The notes beneath the pieces were generated by a model. That model ran no database searches. It had not been told where the DNA came from and saw only the letters and a list, made by a program, of their open reading frames with translations. Below are positions 52,530 to 64,000 of a DNA stretch of 64,000 bases, piece by piece. Source of the DNA: Paragordius varius. Its lineage: Eukaryota; Animalia; Nematomorpha. The stretch covers positions 992,001-1,056,000 of the forward strand of contig OZ176055.1 in NCBI GenBank assembly GCA_964247055.1. The letters are read 5' to 3'. Positions within the stretch are counted from its first letter, which is position 1, and every line of letters starts with the position of its first letter. The position numbers and the translations under genes are program-made.

Positions 52530-54923
52530 TAAGGTGTCGGGTAAGCTTTTTGGAAGGCGGGTCACTTCAAGAAAAAAATTCCAATTGAGCTGCACATTAA
52601 AATGTAACTGTTAAGGCTTTCATATCATTCTTGGGTATAAAAGATTATGATGAATATGTGATTTATTTTATTAGAAAACGGTTAAAACTTAATACTTTGT
52701 AAAATAAAAAAATACAATTACAATATGAAAAACATAACTATCTAAAAAAGTTATATATAAGAGATTTCGGAATTTATTAATAAATTGGCAGGCATAAAAT
52801 TTCTGTTATTAGGTCAGCGAATTGAATAGAATTTTTAGGAAAGAAAATTAGTAAAACATGAAATTTAAATGGATAAGTAGGTTAACATTTATTGTGGCCA
52901 CGATATAGCGAAAAATTAAATAACGAGAGCTATTTTCAGATCTTGTTTATTTATCTTGAAATAAACATTCATTATCATTTTTCTACTTTCTTATCATGTG
53001 TAACGACAAATCCCCAAAATTAAATTTAAATTGCTAGAGAAATATAGTTAAACTTAGCTAAATTTTTCAACTATATATTAGAAACTATAAAAACTATAAC
53101 CTTATTTATATATTGTCTAATAATTTAAAGTACGTTGAGCGATACTGATATCCTTAACAAATTATGCAATTTTTTATCCGTCATTCTTGTTCTATGCTTT
53201 AATTTTATGAAATTTGTTTTTAAAATTGTTTTACATATAAGTACTAGAAAATCATTGATTTGGCAAATTATAATCATTGTTTTGCATATCAATTAACTCC
53301 AATTGAACACTATCATGTGCTTTAACAATTTCAAAACTAATATGAGATTTTTAAATTTCTTTTGCATAAAAATCTTTAAATCCATTACAAAAATTTTCAT
53401 CTAAGACTTCTAGTGAATTAATAATAATATGCGATGGACATTCTGTGTCGTGTTAAGTTACAAACGATTGCAAAATAACAAAATGACAGTAATTATTTTT
53501 TTCAAGGTGAGAAATAAGCGATTTATTTAAAAGCTTAAAACCTTTTTCTGCAAACAGTTATTAATTTTCCCTTTCCTTATAACAATATATTCAATTTATT
53601 AATATAAGTAGTGATATCTACGAGAAATGCTAGCTCACTCAACCATTAAAAATTTGATAACTCTGGGATATTATTTCCCTTTTCTATTAAAACCATTTAG
53701 ATCTCATCTATTAACTCAAAAAATCTTTTTGAATTACCTCGACCGAGCCATCATTATTTCAGAAAAATATATGATATCTTCATATTTTGACTCAATTTCA
53801 TATGAGAAGTTTCCAAATAGACGACCACCGTTTCTCAGGATAAAATTTATAGATTCAACAGTTATCATAATATTTTCAAAATTCACAATTTTTGTGCATA
53901 GATAGTGCATGTTGATGAATAATGCAATGAAGTTGATAAGGTTTTATTTAATTCTTTAAATTTCTTATTAATCAGGCCAATCAAACCAGTATTTTAACCC
54001 GTCATGTTCTTTGCCCCATCAGGGGTCGCCATTTTTTTAAATTGTTCCCAGTTGAGATCGTACATATTAAAACATCTAATAGTTGCATAAATATATCTCA
54101 CCTTTTATTTCCTGTATACTTTTTAATGCAACAAGTTCTCCTGTTAGAATTGTTCATCAATTTTCAGATAAAAATTAACAATTGAGTCGTTCTTGTTATG
54201 TCATGGCTTTCCCCGAGCGCTATCGAGAAGCATATAAATCGGTAGTATTTTTTTAATATTTAAACCATTTGCGCTGATATATTTTCAATTCGTCGTACAA
54301 TGGTATGTGCCGACAACTTAAAAACTTAAACTTTTCCATTTGTTCCGGGCATAATTGTTTGACGGTAACAGGGAGGCACCTTTTTATAAACTATCCTTCG
54401 GTAAACGGTTTATTCTGTTTTGCAAGCAATTTGGATATATTAAAGTAAGTTTTGATTAATGCGGGATTTAGCTGGTTGCTTTTTCAAAAATATTTTGTTG
54501 GTTTACTAAGATTTTAAAGACTCAATTTTGTATTATCTGAACTGAAAAGAATAATTATCAAAATTTAAGTTTATTTGATAGTGGCGACGCAAATTAAATT
54601 CTTTAAACATAATTGTTGATTCTTTGCATATTAAGCATAATGCTGTGTTGTAAATTTTAATAATTACATTTTTTCTTAGAGTAAAATATATGCCAATAAG
54701 TTAGAGTTATGACTTACTTTTTCTGATATTTATTCACGTATTTATGTCAGTAAGCATTAAATCGAGCAGCACACTGGTTCAATGAAAGAATGCGCTTTAA
54801 GCAACCCTTTATACAAAACTATGTAATTTTTATTTAATTTATGTAAATTATAATTTATGCACAGTCGAGCTAAAAATTATTTTTTTTAAGATTTAAAACG
54901 GGCCGCACGTTGCCGACCCCCGG
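52530..54923 (-). mobile_element. Decayed hAT transposon with GTF2IRD2/SPIN-type transposase pseudogene (~53130-54790)
   Basis: Minus-strand fragments ALCLICKESTIMFKEFNLRRHY, IVRRIENISAQM, DGAKNMTG, LHCIIHQHAL, WLSELAFLVDIT, QLELIDMQ, RTRMTDKKLHNLLRIS with many stops and frameshifts. TIR-like gggggtcggcaac at 54921; decayed aggtgtcggg at ~52532. Confidence 0.88.
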
Positions 54924-55048
54924 GATACTTGAAAATGATATCATATGATGCAATATTTGGGAAAAATAATAGTTAACCAAAATGTGAAATGTAATATTTA
55001 TTTTATTTTGATAAAAACCCAAAAATTTTAGCATACCAAATTTTAATA

Positions 55049-55322
55049 CAGTAAAAATTGAAATTATACGGACAAAAGGTATATAAAGGCATTTTTTTTC
55101 AAAAAACAACTTTTTAAACCTTATTTATCCTATAAAAATCATTTAATTACGATTATAAAATACAAAATGAATTGTGTTACCAGTTACAACTCTATTTTAT
55201 ACTTTTCGGTTTAAAACAATCAGTTCTATTTAAAATAATAAAGATGAAAGTTAATCGTCTGTTAGATAAAATTATTTATCTTTATATTTTACGTTTTGTC
55301 CGTATAAATTCAATTTTTACTG
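55049..55322. mobile_element. MITE family B, complete copy
   Basis: ta|cagtaaaaattgaaattatacggacaaaagg ... acgttttgtccgtataaattcaatttttactg|tg. Confidence 0.88.
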
Positions 55323-55629
55323 TGAATTGAATAAAATATATGGAAAGCACCTAGAGACTAAAATTTATCAATAATTAAAAATAAATCGAGGTTTTAAAAA
55401 GGTTAAATTAAAATCGGCTCCTATTTCCATGTGGTTCGGTATCAAATTTTATGTAAAATTAAAATGTATGCGAAATTTTTATAATCAACATTCATGTTTT
55501 TAATAGCGAGACGACATCCAAAAATACAATAAAATAAGTAAATTAATAAAGTTTCATATATTTATTATGTTAAATTTATTTAAAAATTGGAACTTAAAGA
55601 AATTAAATTTTCATGTTGATTTATGGCAT

Positions 55630-57484
55630 TTAACATTGACCCAAATCAACGTAAATCCGGTGAGACACGTATTCAGTAGAAGCATGGGCACCATTTTTAT
55701 ATGTTGGACGAATGATAACTTCATATTCAGAGCTTGGATTCAAGTTGGAAAAACGATATGATGTGCTATTCAACTATTATAAATTTTATATATTTGAAAA
55801 TTTGTAATTATCTGTTTATAAACAATATAAGCAATACTTACGCCAAGAGTTCCATGTCGTGCCTTTTGTCCTTCCACATCTGTCCGGCTTAATAAAATTT
55901 CCAAATTTTTAATCCCATAAGCCTTGGCATAATGTTTGGACAGGGGATTAATGTATACAAATAAATCTTTGGTTCGACCTTCATTGGTAAAAGTGGCGGT
56001 TGCTCCAACAATTTTAGCAAAAGATTTGGAAATATCTAATATACGCAAGGAATTATTTTGCATAAAAAATAAAATTTCAAAAATTGTTTAGTTAATAATT
56101 AACATATACCGTCTTGTTCGAGTTGAAATTCATCTCCATTTTTGGACACTAAAAAAACGTTATAAAGAAAACTTGAACATATATAAACATTGACTATCAA
56201 AATCTGGATTTGATAGTCAATACTTTTTGATTGACTATCAAATCCTAAGTATTTAATAATATTCACCTGTAACACATTTATTTATAATAAAGCACGAAAA
56301 AAATATTTTTATATTTTAAATGGTTCGCCAAAATTAATTATATTGGTAAAATTTAATGTAAATGTATGAATTTCAGTGGTCAAGGCGTAAAGAAATTATC
56401 AATGATTACTTAACTAATACCTTTAAACCGCAAAAAATCTGCAAAAGCTCCGCGTGCAATATTTTTTTGGGAGGCTGAAACCTTTAACATATACTCGCGT
56501 TGTGGCTCCAATCCTGGCAACACAAAATGTTTAGCCTGCATAAATATATAAAAACGTTATCAATATTTTTGAATCAAGTGAATAGTAAACTTAAAATATC
56601 TGTTTACCATATTTGTAGAGTTAGACTGTATACGACCATTAGCTTCATACAAAGAAGTTGCATTGTAATAAAGCCAAAGTTGATAGGGATACATCATAGG
56701 ATTTTTATTTAATCGGTTGGGTTCATCGAAAGAAGCCATTACAGAATAAAGAGGGCGAGACCCAACGCTAAATCCAGTTATACACACTCTCAGGTTCTGT
56801 ACACCTAGATCTGATGCTTGGGTGATTTTACATTCTATCAAACGCACGTTAAAAATATTTTTTAGTCATCATATTAGAATAAAATTATTCATCAATTATA
56901 TTATTTATTAACAGTCTCGTCTATGAATTGGGACGTTTTCTACCCTAAACCAATTCAAATTTAAATTTTCTAAAATTATATTGTAAGCCAAATAATATGC
57001 CTTATCTTTTTCTGGGTGCGATACTTTAAAAAACGCTATCGTAAATGATTCATTCTTTCCGTCATGTTTTCATAGGATTTTTTGAATCAACAAAACAGAC
57101 AACATGTGTTTTATGAAAATTAATTAACTTTGATAAGTTTCAAATAACTTTTATTTATGTATATTAATTTTAATAACAACTTTTAGCTTAAATCGCGCAT
57201 TGAATATTCATTTTGGGTGATAAATGTAATAAAAATAAAATAGTTTTTTTATTAAACAGAAAAAGTAGGTGTAATATTTCCAACTTTCCAAACAATAGTT
57301 TTAGGATTTAACCTTATGGGATGTTAACTATTCCAAAACGTTATTGTCTAAAAAATGGTAATATAGTAAAACATATATTTTTGTAAAAATTAATTCGAAA
57401 CGTTAACAAATTAACCGATATTGTCGGATACTGGTCCTCTACGTAACATACAATCAGACCTGGCGATGAAAGCAATGAAGATAG
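55630..57484 (-). CDS. Fibronectin type III repeat-containing protein, partial model (5' exons unresolved)
   Basis: Phase-compatible GT-AG exons 57484-57416, 56834-56608, 56535-56421, 56148-56110, 56035-55842, 55773-55630. FN3-like strings VQNLRV..SVMASFDEP..YQLWLYY..FVLPGLEPQREYMLKVSA..G and SYRFSNLNPSSEYEVIIRP..NG, preceded by the FN3-like tail IFIAFIARSDC..GPVS. Confidence 0.65.
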
Positions 57485-60400
57485 CTAAAAATACAGCGAT
57501 CATTTTGAATTTGTTTTATATGGAAAAATAATGTAAATTTGGTCATTTATGGCACCTCCATATATATAAGTTATGAGATCCGTAAATAAATAATCGTTAA
57601 CCTTGACAAATTTGGCAAAATTTTTACTTTTTGTAAAATTTATAGTTTTACGCTATAACTTGGGTTAACAACATTGTTATTACATGTTTAATAAATTTTA
57701 ACCTTGAGCTCATTTTGAGTGATTGGGAGTTAATGCAAATAAATAGAATGTTAGTACGTTAGGGGGCTCTCTATTTTTGACAATTTTCATGGTTAAATAT
57801 GTTTTAAAGAAAACAAAAATATTTGTTTTAGTTTTTTAACAGTTAGTTGCATTCATGATGACCTTTAAACGGAAAAAATAATACGAAATATTTTTTATAT
57901 GTATTTACACAATTGAAACACTTTCAAGTAATTATTTTAAAAAATGTATACAAATTGTTAATTAGAAGAATATTAATCAACATTTATTTGCGATTGTACA
58001 TTGTGTAATATTCCAAGTATTGCTCTATCGTTATATAAGAATTGTTGAAATTAAGTATTTTTTATGAGACACTGCTGCCGCAATTGCTTTTAACACTACT
58101 TTTTAGGGGAATTATATTTGGAAAGGTATTTTAATCTTAACTTTTAATCAAATAATTGCGTTGAATTTTTCGTTTGTTCGGAACTAGTTTCAGATTCAGT
58201 GTTACACGATTAACAAGCCGATAATTTTTAACCACCTTTAAAAAATATATTATAAAGCTTTCCACCTATATTTTTTAAACCATAATGTATAATAAATTGC
58301 CTGTTGTTAGCAATTTTATAGTTTAAAGAAACCCATAACTTAAACATTTAAAGTTTATATTGTGGAGTCTAAAAGTAGTTAATGAATTTAAGGGATACCA
58401 CAATGTAGTATATATAAAACCAACTACAAAAATACTAACTTCCTAATTATTTAATTATGCCTTAAATGGCTATAATAAATGTGTCAATTTTTAAATATTC
58501 TAATTTTGACAATTAAGAATTCAGACAATGTTTCGCAAAGGACTGGATGTTTGCTTATTTTTAATATACTAGGTTAATTCAAATATTTTTTTACCAACAA
58601 TGCTGTTGTTGTTATAGCTAAGATCAGGGCCGATTTGTCGCTATTTCATAAGTGTAGTTACGCGAGCTTGTACCCTTATTGATATGATATCAACTGTTGT
58701 ATTTCATAAACAATGTGTTTATAAGTTGTATTTTATGATAAAGTAGGTTCGCAAATGTTTATATTATTTTCAAAACAATTAACAATTCATAAACGTTTGT
58801 CCACTTATTTATCATGTTTTTATATTTAAGATGCAAACAGAAATGTCTAATTTAAATAACTTCAGGAACCGCATTTTTAACCTAAGAACTCGGCCGTATT
58901 TGTTATTGGGCTATTGGATTTCAAACAAATTATGTATGAAAACACAATATAACAATTTTTCCATTTAAATTAATTTGGTTACAAACTTGTTTTAGCAAAG
59001 TTAGGTATTATAATTTCATAAATTATTTGAAGATTTGTCAGCCGTATATAAAATTTTAAAGCACCGCGTGCACTATTGTTTTATTTAACTTGGATTACAG
59101 TGTTCACAAAAATAAATATATATTATGATAGAAAATGTATCAAGAATGTTGATTCTGGCCCTTACAAGTAATTTGAGAAGATAATTTACAGCTTTATGGT
59201 AACTTTACCATATCAGAAAATGGCAAAACTTGCGCGCACTTTGGTAAATTAATTATATTCCAATATCACTAAATATATTATAAAATCATATAAAAACAAA
59301 AAAATATTTTTTATAATTTTATAGGAGCTTTGATCCCAATATTTTTTGCCAAATTGGACAGATATTATAAAGAATGGGAAAATATTTGAGGTTTTCGATC
59401 GTATGTATGTTTGAAATAGGGTTAACACACACGCATGCCACATACGGCCTGCCAAAATTTTATAGCCTGCAATAAACTAAATTATAAAAGTTCAATAAAA
59501 TCGAGCTTAAACAAATATCACTCGTGTGGACTGAAATCAAAAGATTATGATAATTCTGATTTCCTATTAAAATAATTTATCAGAAACATCAAAATATTTT
59601 TTATACCCACTGATTTTGGACTGATGATATATATAATAATTTTATTTTTGAGTGGAAGAGAAATATGTTTTTAAAAAGACCATTTTTACACATAACTTTT
59701 CCAATTTAATAATTAAGTGTTTGAACGATTGCATTTGTAAGTTAAGGTAAACCTAAACGATAAGCTGTATTTAAAAAATATATAAATATATGCCTTAAGT
59801 AAGTGTGAATCAGGTTTTTTTGCTATTGAACTGACAATCATGGAAATAGTTTTATTAGCATTAATAAACATAGATTTTTAAGTTGATTTATACATATTAA
59901 TATTATGCCTTTTGAAATGTTATTATGAACATACACTGCAAAGTTATACGTTTACATAAAGGGAAAAAATAAACTTGTATAAGAAACATGTTTTAAGGCT
60001 AATGTTACAAAAGTTTACCTTTGTTGGTTATCTAAATATTTGCTGTGTTTTTTCCTTTTTACAAGGTCGATGTTGTTAAAATCCTACTCCAAAAATAACC
60101 AAAAAATATATACAACCTTCTCACTTATAAAAAATTCCTATCTAGAAAATTAATAAAACGGCCTTGAGCTCTGTACTATATGACAAATCGATTATCAAGC
60201 TAAAATTTAATAATGGACTTAATCTAAATATGCATTCGTTTCTATTGGCATATGTTATAAACTTATTGTTTATACTACAGATACTATGCAATATTTTACA
60301 AGATCCCCTACATGATAACTTTATTGTAATTTTACAAATGTATCCTTTTATATTTTGTAATAGTTTCTGGCAATTTTAACAACAAAAAATTTGTTAGAAC

Positions 60401-61125
60401 ATTATGCGGACATATATTGTGAAGGTTTATACCAAATAGGACACTCTCTTTAGTTACTTCTAGGGGCTGAAACCAAAAGACCATGTTATTAATATATATA
60501 TCATCAGGATATTTATTATATTCAATTATAAGATGCACTGTATAGTTTATATATGATAGAAAGTCCTTGAACACTTTAAGTTGGTCTTTGGTCATTAAAC
60601 ACTTCAAGTTGGTCTTTAAAATTTTTGAATTTGGATTTAACCATAAAATTTATTATTATATCTAATTTTCTTTATATTTTTCATTTAAAACTCATATTTT
60701 TGACCAATGTTTCAAACGAATTTTTTCCATTCAATAATATTAATCAATTATAATATTTTCAACAAAAATTTTTATTATAACTTAGATCTATTATATTTTT
60801 TTTCAATTACATGGTGAAATATTATTAAAATTAATATAAAACTTAATAAAGATATACGGTTTTTAAATCATCAATCGATTTAAAAATTTGCTTATATCAA
60901 GAAAATAGGTTAAAAATAATAAAATCGATGAATGATACACTATTTGATTGATAAAAGTAAAAACAAAACATAAAAGTTAAAGAACCAACTTGTAACTTGT
61001 TTAAATACCAACTAGAAGTAACGGATCAGCTTAAGGTGTTTTTCAACTTGAAATGTTCATTCATGAGCACTCTTGTGGTATATTGCCCATGTATTTTCAA
61101 ATTTGCCAAAGTTTTGACTAATATA

Positions 61126-61375
61126 CCATTTACAGTTCAAATTCACCCTGAAAATAAATATGTGTTTTCGAACTAATATATCTCATTATTAATATGATAT
61201 CTTTATGGCATAGTTTATCATTTTTTCGATATTATTTTTTAAAATAAAATTTTATTATTAAATATATAAAAATATAAGATAATTTTTAATCCTAAAAAAC
61301 ATATAATTAATATCAGGGTGTTTGAATTGTACGAAAGTGTTTTTGATTTGTTAAACGGATTTGAATTTTGAATGG
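61126..61375. mobile_element. MITE family C
   Basis: ta|ccatttacagttcaaattcaccc ... ttgaattttgaatgg|ta. Confidence 0.72.
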
Positions 61376-62546
61376 TATATATTGGCCTGCGAAACCATTT
61401 ATTTTAGATAATACCATATAAAAAACAATATTAAATTAGGAAACGTAATTCCGAATATGATATAATTGACAAACGTATGAATGTTATTGCCAATGTTTTG
61501 TTTTGTTAATATAACTTACTTGCGGCAAAAATGGGGATCTAAATATAAAACAACTTTTCTACCCCTCGAGTTTTTTGCAATAGCTGTATCATTTTAACAG
61601 TAAAAAAGAATTAAAAATATGAAGTACATGAATATGTTGTAATTGATTTTTATTATGCGTTATCTTTGTCAAAATTTAAAATTTATTTTTAAAAATTATT
61701 CTACTTAGACTAAAACTCTATGCCTATTAATATGTTTTACATGGAGAGTTAATATAGGAGATAGAAAGCGACAAACTCCCAAAGCGAGAGCGATTTTGTT
61801 AATAATTATATATTTTAAAACCAATGGGTGAAAATAGATCAAATTTTGTATAGATAATAAAGAATCTCTAGAAAAAAAAGTTTTTTCGATAAAAAAATAA
61901 TTTTTATGTCATTCATGTTTTTTAAAATTTCCTAAGACAAAATTTTTTGCCCATCGATTTGCATTTTCTTATATTTTTATTTTAAACGTTTGAGATTCAA
62001 ATCATTTGTATAAATGTGATAACTGCATGATCTTATACAAAACTTTTCATTGAAGTGCCCCATATTTATCTCTCTTTCTCAATGGGGTACAAAGAATAAA
62101 TATTTTACAATAACCATTCCCAAAATATATAAATATTTTTAGGGCTAATTGTATATAAATTGCTTATTAATATAAATAAACTGGTGCTTTTGTGACAATT
62201 TTAGGCCAAAATATTAGATTTTAAATTCAATAATGAGCATTATATTGAATAAATTTTTATATACTTAAAAGTTTAGGGTTATTTTATTTATAAACTCCTA
62301 TGAACTAATTAAATAAATGAAACAACCTATGTATAAAAACTGACATAAAATTAGTATACAGCCTCCATTGTCAACTTTGACAAAATAAAAATAACAGTCG
62401 TTCAATATAAATTTGTAGATCTCTGAAAAAATTAATAATTTTAATACCATCTTATAATTTTAAGTACAAATTAAACGATTATTTAATATATTTAATGACT
62501 GTAAATATAAAAATTATAAGTCAATAAAAAAGTATCGACTAAAACA

Positions 62547-63998
62547 GCTATATTTATAAAAATGGAAAGTGGCTTTGTGATCTGTTTCAGGAAAACCGAT
62601 TGACCCATTCAAATCCAAATATCGAAATAATATAATCAATAATAAACGTTTTGACAATAGATTCGCCCTTTTTTTGATTTAGGCTCCCAGTTCGGGCCCA
62701 TCCCGTGTAAAAGAGGTTTTTTTGAAAACACAAATCCATAAAAATCGTGTCTTTGAGACAATTTTCCGGAAAACGTGTTGGACCATTCGATTTTAAATAT
62801 GATTTTTTTTACTTTTTTCGACTGCGCCAAATAGGTCGGCTCGCTTTTTAAATTTAATCCCTCTTTTCCCGATCCCCCCGTATACCACTTTTACAAAAAT
62901 AATTTTTTAAATCTATTTTACGCCGTAATAATTCAATGAGGATTCCACGTATTCCCTGTTAAAAAGCAAAAAATTTTTAATCAAGCGCTTTTTTGTATCA
63001 GTCTCTGGGTAGGAAGCTACCCGCCTAAAACTGCGCCACCATATCGAAATTGCGTTGTTTGGGAGTTAAGTTTCAGAAAACTTATCAGGTCACATAATTT
63101 TAATATGGACCTGAAATAATACCCGTAAAAAGGCAAAAATTCAACTCGAGCGGATTTTTTAAATTAGCTGTAAAACAGGCCCTTTACGCCCTAAATAATG
63201 CGCTATCACTGAACTAATATTTAGTTTTAAAGCAATATTTCCAAGAACTCATAGGAACATATGGAATCCATTATAATTCCAGATATTCCCTATATAAAAA
63301 CAAAAGTTTTGCCCGACACTTTTTTATACCTGTGTCTGGGTAGGGAGCTACCCGCAAAAAACTGCGCCACTATATAGAATTTGTGTTGTTTTGGAACTAT
63401 TACAGAAAACTTAGGCCATATGAGCACATTCGAAATACCGTAACTAGTTAAAAACTAAGGTCAGGCCTTTTTTATTAGCCGTAATTTGGGGCCTTTAAAA
63501 TCTAAAAATACGCCATCATATAATGATTATCTCGTGTTGAGGTATTTTTTCGAATGACGATGGTCTCAAAGATGATTCCAAATATTTTCCCTATAGGCAA
63601 AAAATATAATTTAGCACTTTTTCCATATAGTCCTATGTGTCGGTTCACTAAGACGCCATACAAAAATGGCGTGGCTTTGGAGCTAATTTTCAAAAAATGT
63701 AAAAAGCCATACTTCAATATAGGCTTTAAATATTACCCATAAAAAGGTATGGCATAGCAGCTTTTTTCGTTAGCCGTCAATTTGGGGCCTTTACATCAGC
63801 AACAATATATTAATATGAATGCACAGTTTTGAAACTTCTATGAAGCACCGTTGTAAAATCCTATAAGATCATAGCTATTAAATAATGTTTCGAAATATCC
63901 ACATATATGGATCATTTTATTGATCCCTTTTTTCAAATAGTCCCCTAGAAGTCCAAAGAACTTCCTCGGGCTGCGTAGCTGCACGAGATTTATGCTAA
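62547..63998 (+). mobile_element. Non-autonomous Helitron (copy 3), apparently complete, ~1.45 kb
   Basis: 5' a|gctatatttataaaaatg (TC>GC relative to copy 2); 3' hairpin ctcgggctgcgtagctgcacgag then CTAA|T; internal subrepeats shared with copies 1 and 2. Confidence 0.8.
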
Positions 63999-64000
63999 TA

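Noticed and set aside
55842-56834. Initial reading as a guanylyl-cyclase/iGluR ligand-binding domain (LYYNATSLYEA; GATATFTNEGR)
   Set aside because: Adding exons 56535-56421 and 55773-55630 gave clear FN3 strings (LPGLEPQREY, FSNLNPSSEY).
59175-59245. Apparent plus-strand mini-exon LYGNFTISENGKTCAHF, kringle-like
   Set aside because: Its core ccatatcagaaaatggca belongs to the foldback repeat family at 14859-15872 and 49350.

Overview
Very AT-rich, intron-containing animal genomic DNA (standard code, GT-AG introns from ~53 bp to ~2.6 kb); probably an invertebrate, but the taxon cannot be fixed from sequence. Splicing by hand gives five host genes. (1) A 10-exon SLC34/NaPi-II phosphate transporter (minus, 1643-7225, 1063 aa) with substituted Na/Pi-site motifs and two large insertions. 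(2) A 2-exon, 59-aa secreted precursor ending RR-YDFGI-GRK-stop (minus, 17376-17933), an allatostatin-A-like amidated neuropeptide that the ORF track cannot show. (3) A ~1690-1745 aa mostly disordered protein ending in a lone ZP-N domain (minus, 25148-34600). (4) A GPI-anchored three-Ig lachesin-like gene (plus, 39115-46156). (5) A partial FN3-repeat gene (minus, 55630-57484). Between them are many transposon relics: three non-autonomous Helitron copies; a near full-length RTE LINE with a 5' inversion and perfect 11-bp TSD nested in one Helitron; a second RTE fragment; a decayed hAT (GTF2IRD2/SPIN-like) transposase element; hAT MITEs with 8-bp TSDs; several TA-flanked MITE families; and a ~1-kb foldback element. 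All exon coordinates were read by eye and need RNA-seq confirmation. Comparisons to known proteins are from memory, not database searches.
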